Shown: positions 45,904-59,432 of the stretch, piece after piece
How the letters are laid out: each line of letters begins with the position of its first letter
Numbering within the stretch: position 1 is the stretch's first letter
Source: the human T2T-CHM13v2.0 reference genome, Homo sapiens
Assembly: GCF_009914755.1 (NCBI RefSeq)
Contig: NC_060927.1
Strand: one strand, 5' to 3'
DNA: 64,000 nt
The notes under the pieces: generated by a model
Databases searched by the model: none
What the model saw: the letters and a program-made list of their open reading frames with translations, nothing else
What the model was told of the DNA's origin: nothing
Program-made: the position numbers and the translations under genes

Positions 45904-47793
45904 AGAAAGTTCTTTTCATACTAATTTCATTTGCCCTATGCTCAAAATCTGTAGAGGGAAACTGCCTCCTTACAGAGCAGTATTAAAACGCCCTTCCAGA
46001 GGGTGATTTTAACAAGATACTCTTTAGTAACTTCATAACTAACCCTGCTTGATTAAATTGCAAGATTTACCTCTTTTATCTTGAATTAAAGTCTATAGGA
46101 GTTCTATAGGATAACAATTAGTAGTAAAATATTACAATTAGAGAAAATAGATAAATCTCTGATTCCAAATCCTTTCATACACCATTTATGAAGGCAAGCA
46201 AAGAATCCCTTGCTTCAGAATACCAATTTTCCGGTGCAGATTATTGTATTTGCTCCTTAAGTTAAAAAAGAAAAAGTCTATGTTGAGACTTATATATTTG
46301 CTTAACCCTTTTTTATATTTGATTTTTGCTTCATGGATCTGTCTTCAGCCAAACTGCCTACTTGTGGTTTTCACAAAATGGCCAGTGGGAGTGGGAGGAG
46401 CTGAGAAGTACAGGGTAAATGCGTGTCAAGGGTGAGTATAGCAGAGTTGAAAACTCATTTGTTTTTCTCCCCTGGAGAGAAAACAATAGTATGTTGTAGT
46501 GCGAAGACCACATTATTCCCCGAGTTCATAGGGCAAGTAGTGTAAGAAATGTTGGCTAGCAACTAGCTATAAGGGGAAGTTTTTCCATCCACAGGGCTGC
46601 TGGGCTGCTTATTGTCGCTAGGGTTGCAGTTGTAAGGGGCTGTTCTAAGAAAGTAGAAGTGGAGAGGGGTATAGTGATGCCTTCCTAAACCAGTGTTTCT
46701 TTCCCAGTGCAGTGAGCGGTTTGTCTGAGAAAATTCAGAGTTTAATTATGCAAATCTGGTTTTTGGTAAACAAAAATTGAGGTTTATCTATCTGTGATTT
46801 TCTCTAGTCGTTTAAAACTTGTTTTCATCCTTATTACTAAAAAGCAAACCCAAAAGTATCCTTTTTGAATGTCACTGTTTATAATGACTAGTTTTGTATT
46901 AATTTTTCTCCGTACATAATGCCCATTTAAAAATTCAGTTGAGATTAATTTACTTGGAATTTGAATTTGATGATACTTAAAATCTGGTGCTGCAGATTCT
47001 AAAAATTTGAAACTTTTCAACCATAAGTCTCCCTGTTTTCTATTCTATATTTTAACTTTGAGCCAGAAAGCAAGAAATATGATTCCACAAAATGTGGCTG
47101 CCGTTTTTTAAGAAACAAAATCTTCCTCAAGTACCAGTTATCAAATGGTGAACAGCTGCCAGATGTTGTCCTTTGTTATTTGGACCTAAGGTTGTGGTAT
47201 GCAGTTTTCTTCAATGCATTTTGCTGATTATATTTATTGAAAATGTAATCCTTTCTCTCTGATTCAGAGACACATAAGTCCTGTTTCCAACTTCAGACTC
47301 CACACAAAATGAATCTGAGTTTCCTCTGAAGTCTGGAATATTTCTTGCTCACCATCATCATCTTCACTCCATTCCATCAAAACCAAAACCAGTATTACCA
47401 ATCAATAGGTTATTGATATAATATAGAATAGGAATTTGAATAATGAGTTTGTATTTTATAGATTGTAGCAATTACACTAGTTATATTAAGTGATTTTTCT
47501 ATGCCTAATAGTTACACTACTATTCTGCTTGCAAAGGGGAGAGATATCACTGGAAAAAATACAATGTCAGTGAAAAGAAAATTGGCTTATAGCAGAATTC
47601 AAGCCTACGGTTTCAAATTTATAAGCATTTGGCTTTTGTCCACAAGTCTTTTGACTTTTCATTTATGTTAAATGACACAGACCTATTTTCTTTCTTTAAA
47701 AACCTATAAATTACTACTTCTAAAATTATTTAAAATTATAATGATTTTGAGATGCTATTTGTCTTTTTGTTTATGTAGTTAATACCTTTACTT

Positions 47794-48100
47794 TGCCAAG
47801 CAGGGTGGCTCATGCCCATAATCCTTGCACTTTGGAAGGCTGAGGCAGGTGGATCGCTTGAGCCCCGGAGTTCAAGACAAGCCTGGGTAACATCGTGAAA
47901 CTTTTTCTCTACTAAAAATTCAAAAATTATGCCAGGTGTGGTGGCGTGCATCTGTGGTCCCAGCTACTCAAGAGGCTGAGGTGGGAGGATCCCCTGAGCC
48001 TAGGAAGTTCAGGCTACAGTGAGCCAAGATTGCGCCACTGCACTCCAGCCTGGGTGACGGGAGTGAGTCCCTATCTCAAATAATGATAATAATAACAATA
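47794..48100 (+). mobile_element. Alu (AluJ-like)
   Basis: Full dimer with (AAT)n tail. Confidence 0.88.
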
Positions 48101-50148
48101 ATTCTTTCACTTTGTTCCAGAAATAATTTGCCGTATCATGAAATATTTATATTAGAGATACATCTTAAACTTATACTCTACTATACTAGACAACATTTTA
48201 AAAATAATTTTTAAATGTTTTAGTTGTGCTATTGTGGAGAGTCTGTCTATTCCTATGTATGAGAGAGATCTTCTTATGCATCACACTGAAGGTAAATGCT
48301 TAAAGCATTTGACAATGATCCATGGGTTGAATAATCAGGCTGGTTATCCTTACTATTCTAGCTGATATAGAGAAAAATTATAAAACAAATAATGAAACAT
48401 TTGACATTCATTCTTTTGTCCAGAAAAATAGCATAATGTGGATACTATAACCACTGAATATTCTCTGCATCAGCTTTTTAGAATTTAATTGAAACACATA
48501 GATTCTAGAAAGTCTTCCCTAAAAACAGTATGTTCTCCCAGCATTCCCCTTGCTAAGATATCTGTTGTTTTTAGGAAAAATCTGTACCCAAGTAGGAATT
48601 GTTTAAACTGATTTGGATTTTCAAAAAGTCTACAATTAGAGGTCAAATAATCTAATTTACTGGTTTTATTCAATCAGCTAAGCAACTGTGTCACAAATTC
48701 TGCTTTCCATGGGGTTCGTCCCTCCCCGGACACCCTGTCTGGATTAGTCCTTAGTATTCTTAAACTCTTTATAATTATAAGTGAAATCTGTTCTATTACA
48801 AAAAGAAATACCTGGATTTTCATGGTCTATCTCTGGTATATATAGTCAAAGACCGCTAAAAAATAAATTAAATGTAAGGCTTTAAAAATTATTAGTGAAG
48901 CACCAAGTCATAGAGCTCCTTGAAGTTTCCTGGTACTCCTATCCTCAGCCAGGATTGTAAGTGTTAATCAAAGCCCTTTTATGCCTTTTGTTTAGGGTGG
49001 GCTGGTGATCAACTGCTATTTTTAGGGAAAGTGCTCTCATGTCTCAGCTCACTGCTTGAATACACACTCCAGTGTTCTCTTTGATAAGCCCCTCAAAGCA
49101 GAGAAATCCACAGTGCTTTATTGTAAACTTACACATGGCTGAAGAAGAGAGTGCAGGGAACAGCAAGATATTTATAAGTCTTATTGCCAGGGACTGGTCT
49201 CTCACATTGTTCAAATCTCATAGGAATGCAGAACTCTATTAAAGGTTGACTAGACTGGAGCATGTAGCAATTGATGATTGACATTTATATAAGAAACACT
49301 AGATTTGTGTTCTTTCTATTGAAATAGTGTCTAAAATAGGGCCACCAAATGATCATTTTAATCCTCCCCTCTTTTTCAAAGGAAAGTTGAAAGCAATCAT
49401 TGTCTAGGCCCAAAGACTTAACTATATTATCTCTACTGTCTGGATACTCAGATTAAGTAATAACCATCATTTGCAGTGCTACATGTAACTAGTTTTCATC
49501 CTTATTCTAAGCAGATTTTTCAAAGGGAAATGAGGATATTGGCTTTTTCTTTTATATGACTTTTAACAAGGAGTTTGTGTACATTATTCAAAGCACACAG
49601 ATTCACTTTTAGAAATTCTGTCAAAGCAAGCAGCTCTTTAGTGATTATTGACTGACAATTACTCTCAAAAGAAGATTACAAAACATATTTATGTCTTCCC
49701 TGAGCATAAAATACTGAATCAAAATTTCACACCCTCGCATTTAAAAGAACTAACAGACTCATTCTTTTTGTTTAAAAATTAAAAAAGAAAACTTCATTTA
49801 GCTGAATAGTGACTTAAGGAAATGGGCAATGTCAAGTCAGTTTATGCAGATTATATAAATCTAATGTAAACACAGTTCTATGGATTTTCTGTCCTTTGCA
49901 ATTAAAGGCAATTCTGTCATTTGCCATTCCAGTCAGCAATCCTAATTATCATTAAATATATATATTATATATATAATATATAATATATATATTTAACAAA
50001 TATATATTTTTAATATATATATATAGTCTTTCCATGTAACCACATTGTTTTTTACACTCAACAAGGAAAGCATTAATACTTATTTGGTTTATTTAAAATC
50101 AGTGACACCTAGTGTTATATTTGTGTGGATAGGTGGAAAGCATTAAAT

Positions 50149-50312
50149 TAGTGCCTCAAAAACTTTAATTTGCTTGAGAGTCATCTAAGGAGCTTATTTA
50201 AACACAGATTCCTGGGCCCAGTCCCAGAGTATCTGATTCAGTAGGCCTAGGGTGGGCATAAAAATTTGCATTTCTATCAAGCTAATTCTGGCCGTTACTC
50301 TGAATAGTACTA
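50149..50312. mobile_element. MER5A-like hAT MITE remnant
   Basis: CAGATTCCTGGGCCC...CTGATTCAGTAGGCCTAGGGTGGG...ATTTGCATTTCTA. Confidence 0.7.
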
Positions 50313-50397
50313 GGCTAGACAACATAGGAGAATCAGCTATGCAACAGTAGTGAGAGAGGTGGAAGGGATGGGATAGGTAAATATTACAGTATCTACC

Positions 50398-50648
50398 TGT
50401 AGTGGGTTGAATAGTGGCCCCAAAAAGATGTATCCATCTGGAACCTTAGAATATGACCTTGTTTGGAATAATGGTCTTTGCAGATGTAATCAAGGTAAGG
50501 ATAGTAAGATGAGATCATCTTGGAGATGGTCCCTAATTTTAATGTGTCACCAGATACAGATTTCTATCCTATATTACTATAAGATAATACATTTCTCTTG
50601 TTTTTCCATTTGTGATAATTTGTTACAGCAGTCCTAGGAAACTAGTGT
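50398..50648 (+). mobile_element. MLT1-type MaLR LTR (internally deleted)
   Basis: TGTAGTGGGTTGAATAGTGGCCCCAAAA...TTTGTTACAGCAGTCCTAGGAAACTA. Confidence 0.75.
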
Positions 50649-51826
50649 ACTACCCAAGCTCCTACTATACCAGAATGCTAAGTTCCCTCGGTCATATGCT
50701 ATAAACAAAAAGGGTAGAATCTGGACACTGGTCCATAGGTAAACAATGATTGAACAACTAATTGGCAAGCAGAGTTGGATATTTTCTGAAATGTTATTTA
50801 ATCTTCCCTCAAATACTTTGAGGTAGATATTTTTTGGCATCATTTAACAAAAGAAGACCTTGAAATGCCAAATAGTTATTTAGGCCACAAATATTTATTG
50901 TTTACACCAGACTTGCTGGCTATTGGAGTGGTCAGGTGACTTACAAAAATGACATAGCCAGTAAGTGCCAGAATAAGCACTTAACTCTAGATCCTGTTAT
51001 ACCAAATGCTGTGCTCTTCTCCATCACATTTTATCAAAGGCTCATACTAGGAAGGCAGAGAGCATTTTGGTAAATACTGACTTGTTCATTTCAGTCATTG
51101 TGGAATATTTAACAAAGTAGAAAAAGAATTAATTTTTTTCAGCAGGAATCTCTGTGATTTATGGTAACTGTTTAATGGTATTTCCATTAGTACCGATAAA
51201 GTGCTTTTCACTTGTTGTTATCTTTTAATCTTATTTCCTCCTGTAGTAAACCTTTTTACTTTATATTCAAACATGCAGATAATTTAAGATGATACTTAAT
51301 AACAATATAGAAATAATAGCTCTACATTGTCTTTGGAGATGGTGGTCAGTGATTTAGACTTATCAATATTCTTTTTTTTTTTTTGAGATGGGGTCTCCCT
51401 TTGTGGAGTACAGTGGTGCAATCTTGGCTTCTATGAATTTATTACAAATTTTAGTTAGCTACCTTTTGGGTTTTGATTTCACATGTTATTGCATTTTTGT
51501 CAGTGAATGTGGTCTATAAAATAGCGATTACTTTAATATTTTTGAGACTTCCTCTGTGAACCAGTAGGTGGTCAAATTTATAAATGTTTCAGGCTTGGAA
51601 ACAATATTTATTCTTTAATTATTCAATGCTAGGTTTAATATATGTTCATTATATTAGGCCTATTATTTTTGTGGTTGAATTATCCTATTCACTATATTTT
51701 TTCTGCTTTATTATTTTTTGAGAGGTAAATTGTGTAAGAAATTTTAAGAGAGGTAAAAAAACCCTGTAGATTCAGCATTTTCTATTTGTAATTCTGTGTT
51801 TTCACTTTGTACATTTTAAAGCTACG

Positions 51827-52187
51827 TGTCTTAGTTCATTTAGTGTTGCTATAAAGGAATACTGGGTAATTAATAAAGATTTATTTGGCTCAGGGTTCTA
51901 CAGGCTGTACAAGAAGAATGGTACTGGTATCTGCTCAGCTTCTGGTGAGGGGCCCAGGATGCTTCCACTCATGATAGAAGGCAAAGGGGAGTCAGCAGGG
52001 CTCTTTTTAACAACCAACCGTAGTGAGAATTAATAGACTGAGAACTCACCCACAAAGGAGGGCATTGATCCATTTGTGAAGGATTTACCCCTATAACCCA
52101 AACACCTCCCATTAGGCCCCACATCCAACACTGGGGCTCAAATTTCAACAAGAAGTTTGGAGGGAACAAACATCAAAATTATTGCAC
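51827..52187 (-). mobile_element. MST-type MaLR solo LTR
   Basis: TGTCTTAGTTCATTTAGTGTTGCTATAAAGGAATAC...CCAACACTGGGG...TTTCAACA. Confidence 0.8.
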
Positions 52188-52381
52188 CAATATTTTAGAT
52201 AATAGACAGGTCAAGACAATTATATTTTCTGAGTTAATTTTTTTTTAGCATTTGGTAATAACCCTTTTTATCTCTGATTGTGCTTTTTGACTTAATGTCT
52301 GCTTTTTTCTACATGAAAATAGCTACATGAGGTTTCTTTTGTTAATAATTATGAATATGTTCCAGCTCCTCACTTTCAACC

Positions 52382-52707
52382 TTTTTGTTTTGTTTTGTTT
52401 TGTTTTTGTTTTTTTGAGACAGAGTCGCACTCCATCACCCAGGCTGTAGTGCAGTGATGCAATATTGGCTCACTGTAACCTACACCTCCCGGGTTCAAGC
52501 AATTCTCGTGCTTCAGCCTCCTGAGTAGCTTCAGCCTCCTGAGTATTACTGTTGTATACCATCACACCAGCTAATTTTTGTACTTTTAGTAGAGACGGGG
52601 TTTCACCTTGTTGGCCAGGCTTGTCTTGAACTCCTGACCTCAAGTGATCTGCCCACCTTGGCCTCCCAAAGTGTTGGGATTACAGGCGTGAGCCACTACT
52701 CCTGTCC
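52382..52707 (-). mobile_element. Alu (AluS-like) with internal 18-bp duplication at 52511-52545
   Basis: Reverse dimer; TSD-like TTTCAACCTTT on both sides. Confidence 0.9.
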
Positions 52708-52729
52708 CTTTCAACCTTTCTATGTCATT

Positions 52730-54122
52730 CCGTTTTTTAAATTACAGATTTATTGAGATTTAATTTGTATATCATACAGTTCATTTTTTTTTAAATGTAC
52801 AATTCAGTTTTTTCAAAGCTTTGCAACCAACATCACTAGCTAATTTTAGAACAGTTTTTCATCACCCTGAAAGGAAACTTTATATCCATTAGCCATCACT
52901 GCCCATTTCCCACCTTGCCCTTTTCCGTGGTAACCACGGAATCTATTTTCTGCTTCTATAGATTTGCCTTTTTTAGACATTTTAGATCATATAATACTTT
53001 TATGCCTGGCTGTTCACTTTTCATCTATATTGTGGCATGTGTCAGTACTTCATCATTTTTAATGGCTGAATAATATTTCATTATATGGATATACGACACT
53101 TTATCCATTGGTGGACATTTGGGTTGTTTCTACTCTTTGGCTATTATAAATAATGCCATTATGAACAATCATGTACTGGTTCTTGTATGGGAATATGCTT
53201 CTATTTTTCTTGGGTATATACCTAGGATTGGAATTATGAGATCATAGGGTAACTCTAAATTTGAGGTTTTGAGGAACTACTAAACTATATTCCAAAGTAG
53301 CTGTACCATTTTATATTCCCACCAGCAATAAATAAAGATTTCCATTTCTTCACATCCCTGTGAACACTTGTCATTGTCTATTTTTTAAAAAAATATTAGC
53401 TATCCTAGTGGGTTGAAGTGGTATGTCATTGTGGTCTTGATTTTCATTTCTCTAATGACTAATGATATTAAGCATCTTTTTGTGTGCTTATTGGCTGTTT
53501 ATACATCTTCTTTGGAGAAATGTCCATTCAAATTCATTGTGCCTATTTTAATTGGCTTATTGTATTTTTATTGTTGTGAGTTCTTTACATATTCTAGATA
53601 CAATTTCTTATCAAATATATGATTTGAAAATATTTTTTTCTCATTATGTAGATTTTTTCACTTTCTTGATTGTGTCCGTTAAAATCACAGAAGTTTTAAA
53701 ATGTTGATGACATCCAATTTATTCTTTTGTTGTTTGTGTTTCTGGTGTCATAGCTAAGAAACCATTAACTAATCCAAGATTATAAAGATTTGCTCCTGTG
53801 TTTTCTTCTGAGAGTTGTAAGTTTTATCTCTAACGTTTACATTTTTGGTCCATTTTAACTTTTATGTATGATGTGAGGTACAGGTTGAACTTCATTTTGC
53901 ATGTGGATATCCAGTTGTCTGAGTACTATTTGTTGAAAAGACTATTCTTTTCTTACTGAATTGTCATGGCACCTTTGCTAAAAATCAGTTGACCATATAC
54001 ATGAGAGTTTTTTTCTGGACTCCCAATTCTATTCTATTGATTTATTCTTCTGTTCTTATTCCAGTACCATACTATCTTGATTACTGTAGCTTTATCATAA
54101 CTTTTGAAATCAGGAGATGTGA
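52730..54122 (-). mobile_element. L1MB-like 3' fragment
   Basis: L1M 3' UTR/ORF2-end motifs in reverse (GTGGTATGTCATTGTGGTCTTGATTTTCATTTC). Confidence 0.75.
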
Positions 54123-54129
54123 CCACCTT

Positions 54130-54600
54130 CTTTTAGCTACACCCTTTGCAATTGCTCCTTCTAAAGAAGAGTATATTGCCCCACTGCATGCCTTTGGCTG
54201 AACTTTGTGACTTACTTTGGCCCATGGAATAACGTCGCAGTGACAGTGCGATAATTCCAACGTAGTCCTTAAGAGGCTTGTGTATTTTTGCTTTTCTTTT
54301 GACTTTTGTAAATCCTCTTTTTCTTTACTCCATTACCAATTTGTCTTTTTTTAGGTCAGTGTTTATTTAGATTTACATAATGTTGAGCACTTAATTTACT
54401 TATCTTCACTTCTTTTTCATTTTTCTAGATTAATCTTCTTCCTCCAAAGTACATTCTGTAGTAGCTCTTTCAGCAAAGTTCTATCTTTTTAGCTCTACAC
54501 TAACCCAAGTTTACCCAGTGGTCTTAGGAAAATGCAAGTCATGTAGGGCAGAGCTACCTACCTCAGCCAACCCTAGACCTACAGGAGAGCATTCCTAGCT
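54130..54600 (+). mobile_element. Degenerate MLT1-like LTR interrupted by a 191-bp templated copy (54302-54492)
   Basis: TTGTGACTTACTTTGGCCCATGGAAT...CCTTAAGAGGCTTG before the insert, LTR-like sequence after it. Confidence 0.5.
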
Positions 54601-55772
54601 GTTTCACTGTGCATCAGAGATGCCCCACCAAACCAAGAGGAACCTCAACCAACCTGAGGACATAAGAAAAGAAGCCACCAGTTTCTGTAAGGAAAGTCTA
54701 GGATCTTCCATGAGAAGATGATGATGTACAAATGTCTTAACTGTATTAGTCATTTACAAACACTGTGCATGTCCACTGAGGATTAGTAGGGAATGAAACA
54801 ATTAGAACAGAATCTCTACTCCATGGTCACTAAGGGAACCAGATTGAGTCTCTACCACCTGGTAGCTACATTCTGGAACTTGTAGCCTTTTCAGCTATCA
54901 AGATGAGAGTCAACGCTAAGAATCTACCCCAGATGTCAAGAAAGACCCTGGGCATAATCAATGCTGAAGTGAAAAGGATCAACACTGGAGAGAGAAGAGG
55001 GGAAGAGGTAAATGTATGACAATCTGGAAGATGAATTGAATTTCACGGCAGTAAGGGAACTCAGGAAGTCATTCAACTATCCAGATGTTAACCAACTAGG
55101 AGCAAATGTCTATTCTTTATATGGGTCATATTGTTGGATCCTAACTCATGGGAACTAATAGCTTAAAGTGAGTTTCGAACAAAATTATGAAACTTGAAAA
55201 TACAGCAAATGAATGTACATAATGTAAACAAGATTTTAAATGGAAAGTACTTAATTTGAAAAATTTTTTCAAAAATGTTAGCAGCAAATTCTAATAATAA
55301 ATGTGCTGAATAGACAGGCATTATCTGTCTATCCAAGTGTTAAATCTATGAATTTTTCTATCCATTGAAGTACATATTTTTAGACATAATAGAAATGAAT
55401 TTTCTTTAAAAAAATACAAATTATATTTCTCTTCTTTTGGTGATTATCCTTAAATATGAACATGCTTAATGGGTTTAACAATGTAAACCTAATCACCATC
55501 ACTCTTCTTCTGAATAATTCAAGGTTCTTAAGATGCTTTCACCTTTGTCTAACCCCTTTTCCTCTTCCATTCAGTTGTCTACTTTTGTAAATCCTCTTTG
55601 TTCTTTACTCCATTACCAATTTGTCTTTTTTTAGGTCAGTGTTTATTTAGATTTACATAATGTTCAGCACTTAATTTACTTATCTTCACTTCTTTTTGAT
55701 TTTTCTAGATTAATCTTCTTCCTCCAAAGTACATTCTGTAGTAGCTCTTTCAGCAAAGTTCTATCTTTTTAG
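54302..55772 (+). repeat. Dispersed direct repeat, 191/192 bp (54302-54492 and 55581-55772)
   Basis: Manual alignment: 2 substitutions + 1 indel. Confidence 0.93.
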
Positions 55773-56043
55773 TTCTCACTCTTGAAAAATATTATTTTAA
55801 AAATTGTAATTTTTTTCATAATCATGGAAATCAACAATCACAAAAAGCAGAGAAAATAGTATTAAACCTTTTTATACTCCTCAGTATCAACAAACACACA
55901 CATATGGCTACCTTCTTGAATTTTAGTTTTATTGGATATTGTTTAATTGAAGATATGTTCCTGGATATTGTTTTGATATGGTGTCTATTACAGCCTAATT
56001 GTCTTACCTTTATAGCTTGGCACCATGGGCTTTTACAAATTGA

Positions 56044-56364
<321 letters not shown>

Positions 56365-57489
56365 TAATTCTGGAATATTCTTAGTCATTATCACTGCAAA
56401 TATTTTATCTTCCATTTTGTTTCTATATTATTCTTATGCAACTCCTTTCAGAAATATTCTTGACCTTATCATTCTATTCTCCATGATTCTTAGCTACTTT
56501 TCCAAAAGTATTTTTGTCTCTCACTGCTATAGATTTGGCGATCTCATCAAATCTACCTTCCAGAATAGTTATTCTTTCTTCAGTGTATCTAATCAGCTCT
56601 TTAATTCATCCATTGAATTTTAAATTCAATGACTTGACTTTTTTTTTTGATTCTAGAAGTGCTATTTGGCTCTTCTTAAAAATTCTTTCATGGCTCATAG
56701 ATATCATAGAAACCTGAAGTTGTTCATTATAGTTTCTAATCCATTTTAACCCTTTAATAACTTAAATACTTATTTTTAATTTAGGTTTATTGCTGTAATA
56801 CAAACTTACAAAATGAAAATCATAAATGTAGATAAAATTAGATGAATTTTTATAAAATGAGCATTCCCCTCTAACCAGCACCAGATCAAGAAGCAAAACA
56901 TTTCCAGAACTCCAGAAGTGTTCTCATGCCCTCTTCTAGTCACACTTCCTACCTCCAAGGTAACTGCTATCCTGACTTGTAGTGCCACAGTTTAGCTTTG
57001 CCTGTTTATAGTTTTATGTCAACTGAACTATACAGTGCAAATATAATTATTTTATGGGCTTTTTCTTCTCCAAATGATCTATATGCTCTTAATACTTGTG
57101 AATTACAAAGACCCTGTATACATTTTTACATTAATTTCTTGGCTCTTTTGCTTACTTTTGTCTTGGTGATTTTAGAAGTCCTAGCTAAGTCTTCGTGTTA
57201 ATTATTCGATTGGGAAATCTCAGGAGACATGAAATTGGATTTCTCACTTTAATGGTGTAGACCTAGTGTTTTCATTCTTTTAGGATTATTGCTTTTTGTC
57301 ATCTAATTCCCCATGTCAGACTGCGTACTACCTTATTGCTTTTGTGTCCCGGTGAGTGAAGTTTTTCCTATTTTCTTGTTATGGACAGAAAAAATCCTTG
57401 GAGTCCCTAGGCTTTATGGAACATTATTAGCACAGCTCTCTAACCAGTGTCACCCTCAAAACATGTCACTTATCTTTGCCTAGACATGA

Positions 57490-58418
57490 AAAGCCCAGCT
57501 CAAACTCCTTTGGCCCCTTATCCTGGTACAAATTTCTTTTGGGCCCTCACTATGTCAGTTTCCACCTATATATTAATAGCTTTGCATTTCATGTGCTTCT
57601 GGCATTTGATTTTTTTTTCTTTATCTAAAGGTTATATATGTGTGTACAACTTTAACGTGTTTTTATTACTATTTTTATGTGTTTGTGAAGTTATGTAAGG
57701 GAGAGTGGATAATATGGGAGGTAGGCATCCAAATCAAATCAGTTTAGCACTCCTGAAAGATGAGCTGATCCATGCAATTGCCGTGACTATGCAGTGGTTG
57801 ACTAGACGTAAAGATGTTGTTTAGGGTTATCAGCCGGGGTGTTTCTTCTGACCAAATTACTTGAACTGCATGGGACCCATTATTTTACTGAGCTGATTTA
57901 GTCCTATATGAACTAACTCATATTTTTGTTTTTGTGTTATAGAAGCAGACTTCTAAAAATAATATTGAAAAGAAGAAGCCCAAATTTAGAAAAAGGAAAA
58001 GGTATGCTTTTTGAAATTAAATAGTATTATGATAAAATTGAAATATATATTGGATTTAGTTTAGAAACACCCCGGCTAATAACCCTAAACAACATCTTTA
58101 CGTCTAGTCAACCACTGCATAGTCAGGGCAATTGCATGGATCTGCTCATCTTTCAGGAGTGCTAAACTGATTTGATTTGGATGCCTACCTCCTATATTAT
58201 CCACTCCCCCTTACATAACTTCATAAACACATAAAAATAGTAATAAAAACACGTTAAAGTTGTACACACATATATAACCTTTAGATAAAGAAAAAATATC
58301 AAATGCCAGAAGCACATGAAATGCAAAGCTATTAGTATATAGGTGGAAACTGACATAGTGAGGGCCCAAAAGAAATTTGTACCAGGATAAGGGGCCAAAG
58401 GAGTTTGAGCTGGGCTTT
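57490..58418. repeat. Inverted repeat, 357/356-bp arms (57490-57846 / 58063-58418), 216-bp spacer containing a ZCWPW2 exon
   Basis: Manual alignment: 8 substitutions + 1 indel; ORFs 57447..57698(+) and 58192..58398(-) share APYPGTNFFWALTMSVSTYILIALHFMCFWHLIFF. Confidence 0.97.
57943..58001 (+). CDS. ZCWPW2: ZCWPW2 internal coding exon (59 nt, phase 0->2), KQTSKNNIEKKKPKFRKRK (basic, NLS-like)
   Basis: ACTAAC branch point at 57912-57917, T-rich tract, TAG| acceptor, AAG|GTATGC donor; in frame with flanking exons. Confidence 0.93.
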
Positions 58419-59432
58419 ATTGGAAACAGAATCTCACAATCCTTGATTCTGTTTCACTTGGAAAATACTGTGTTTACAGTTTTCTAAAAGAATTAATAGA
58501 ATTATAAGTAGTAGTCTTAGAAGTACGGAAAAAGCTTTATATTCATGAAATATTTTGAAACAGAACTTTTAAAGATTAATATCTTATGAGCAATCAGAAG
58601 AGAATGAGGTTTTTAGTTTAAAAATAGTTAATGTAAACCAGAAACAGGTTTTCATAGTGAACAAATAAGCCACAGATGACAAGTTTTAGTGTTTATCGTT
58701 GAACCAGTCATTTTTTAAAGAATGGTAATCAGTGCTGTGTTAGGAGGGGTCCTACTCAAAAACAAGGACTGACACCAATAGGTAGCCCTTCTTTGTACTT
58801 TTTCAGAAGATGAATAACTAAATTTTAAAAATGGACTTCCACTGCCTTATTTCATTACACTTCACAGTAACCCTATCAAATTGTTAGGAAGTATATTATA
58901 ATCTCCATTTTAAAAAATGAAGAATCCCTAGCTTGGAGAAGTTAGTGACTTTCTCAAGACCTTATGGTTAGAGAAAGTACATTTGAGCAAACTTTTTTCT
59001 GACTCTGTGTCAGCAACATAGAATTGTGGAAACAGTATGGATTTTGCAGTCTGAGAGAGTTTAGTTCTACCATGTTCCACCATTTACCTAAGTTGTCAAA
59101 TTTCTTGTTTTTCTCTGATACCTCAAATTCTCAGTTTCTTTATATAATGACAGTAACAATTAGTAGGTGTTTTGGAGGAGGATTATGAAAAAGCCAGTGT
59201 AAGGTGCTTGGTAAATTGTTAATGCTTTGCACCTAGTGAGAGCTCAAATCAGTATTAGTCTTTTTTGTTTTTCACTGCAACATACTTTGTTACTACATAA
59301 AACAACCAAGAGAATTACCTTTAGAAAATATATGCATTTATAATCTACAGTTACCAATGAATAGGCACAAATGGTCATTTAAATATTCATGATTGATCTT
59401 TTGAAACTAAATCTGTCAAATTCTTTTTCTAG

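Noticed and set aside
49953-50025. AT-only quasi-palindrome
   Set aside because: Low-complexity (TA)n sequence is trivially self-complementary.
52923-52941. 19-bp palindrome TTCCGTGGT-A-ACCACGGAA inside L1MB
   Set aside because: A 9-bp stem is too short to distinguish from chance in 64 kb.
57447-58398. Two ORFs sharing a 35-aa peptide on opposite strands as duplicated small genes
   Set aside because: They simply reflect the inverted repeat arms; no splice or coding signal.
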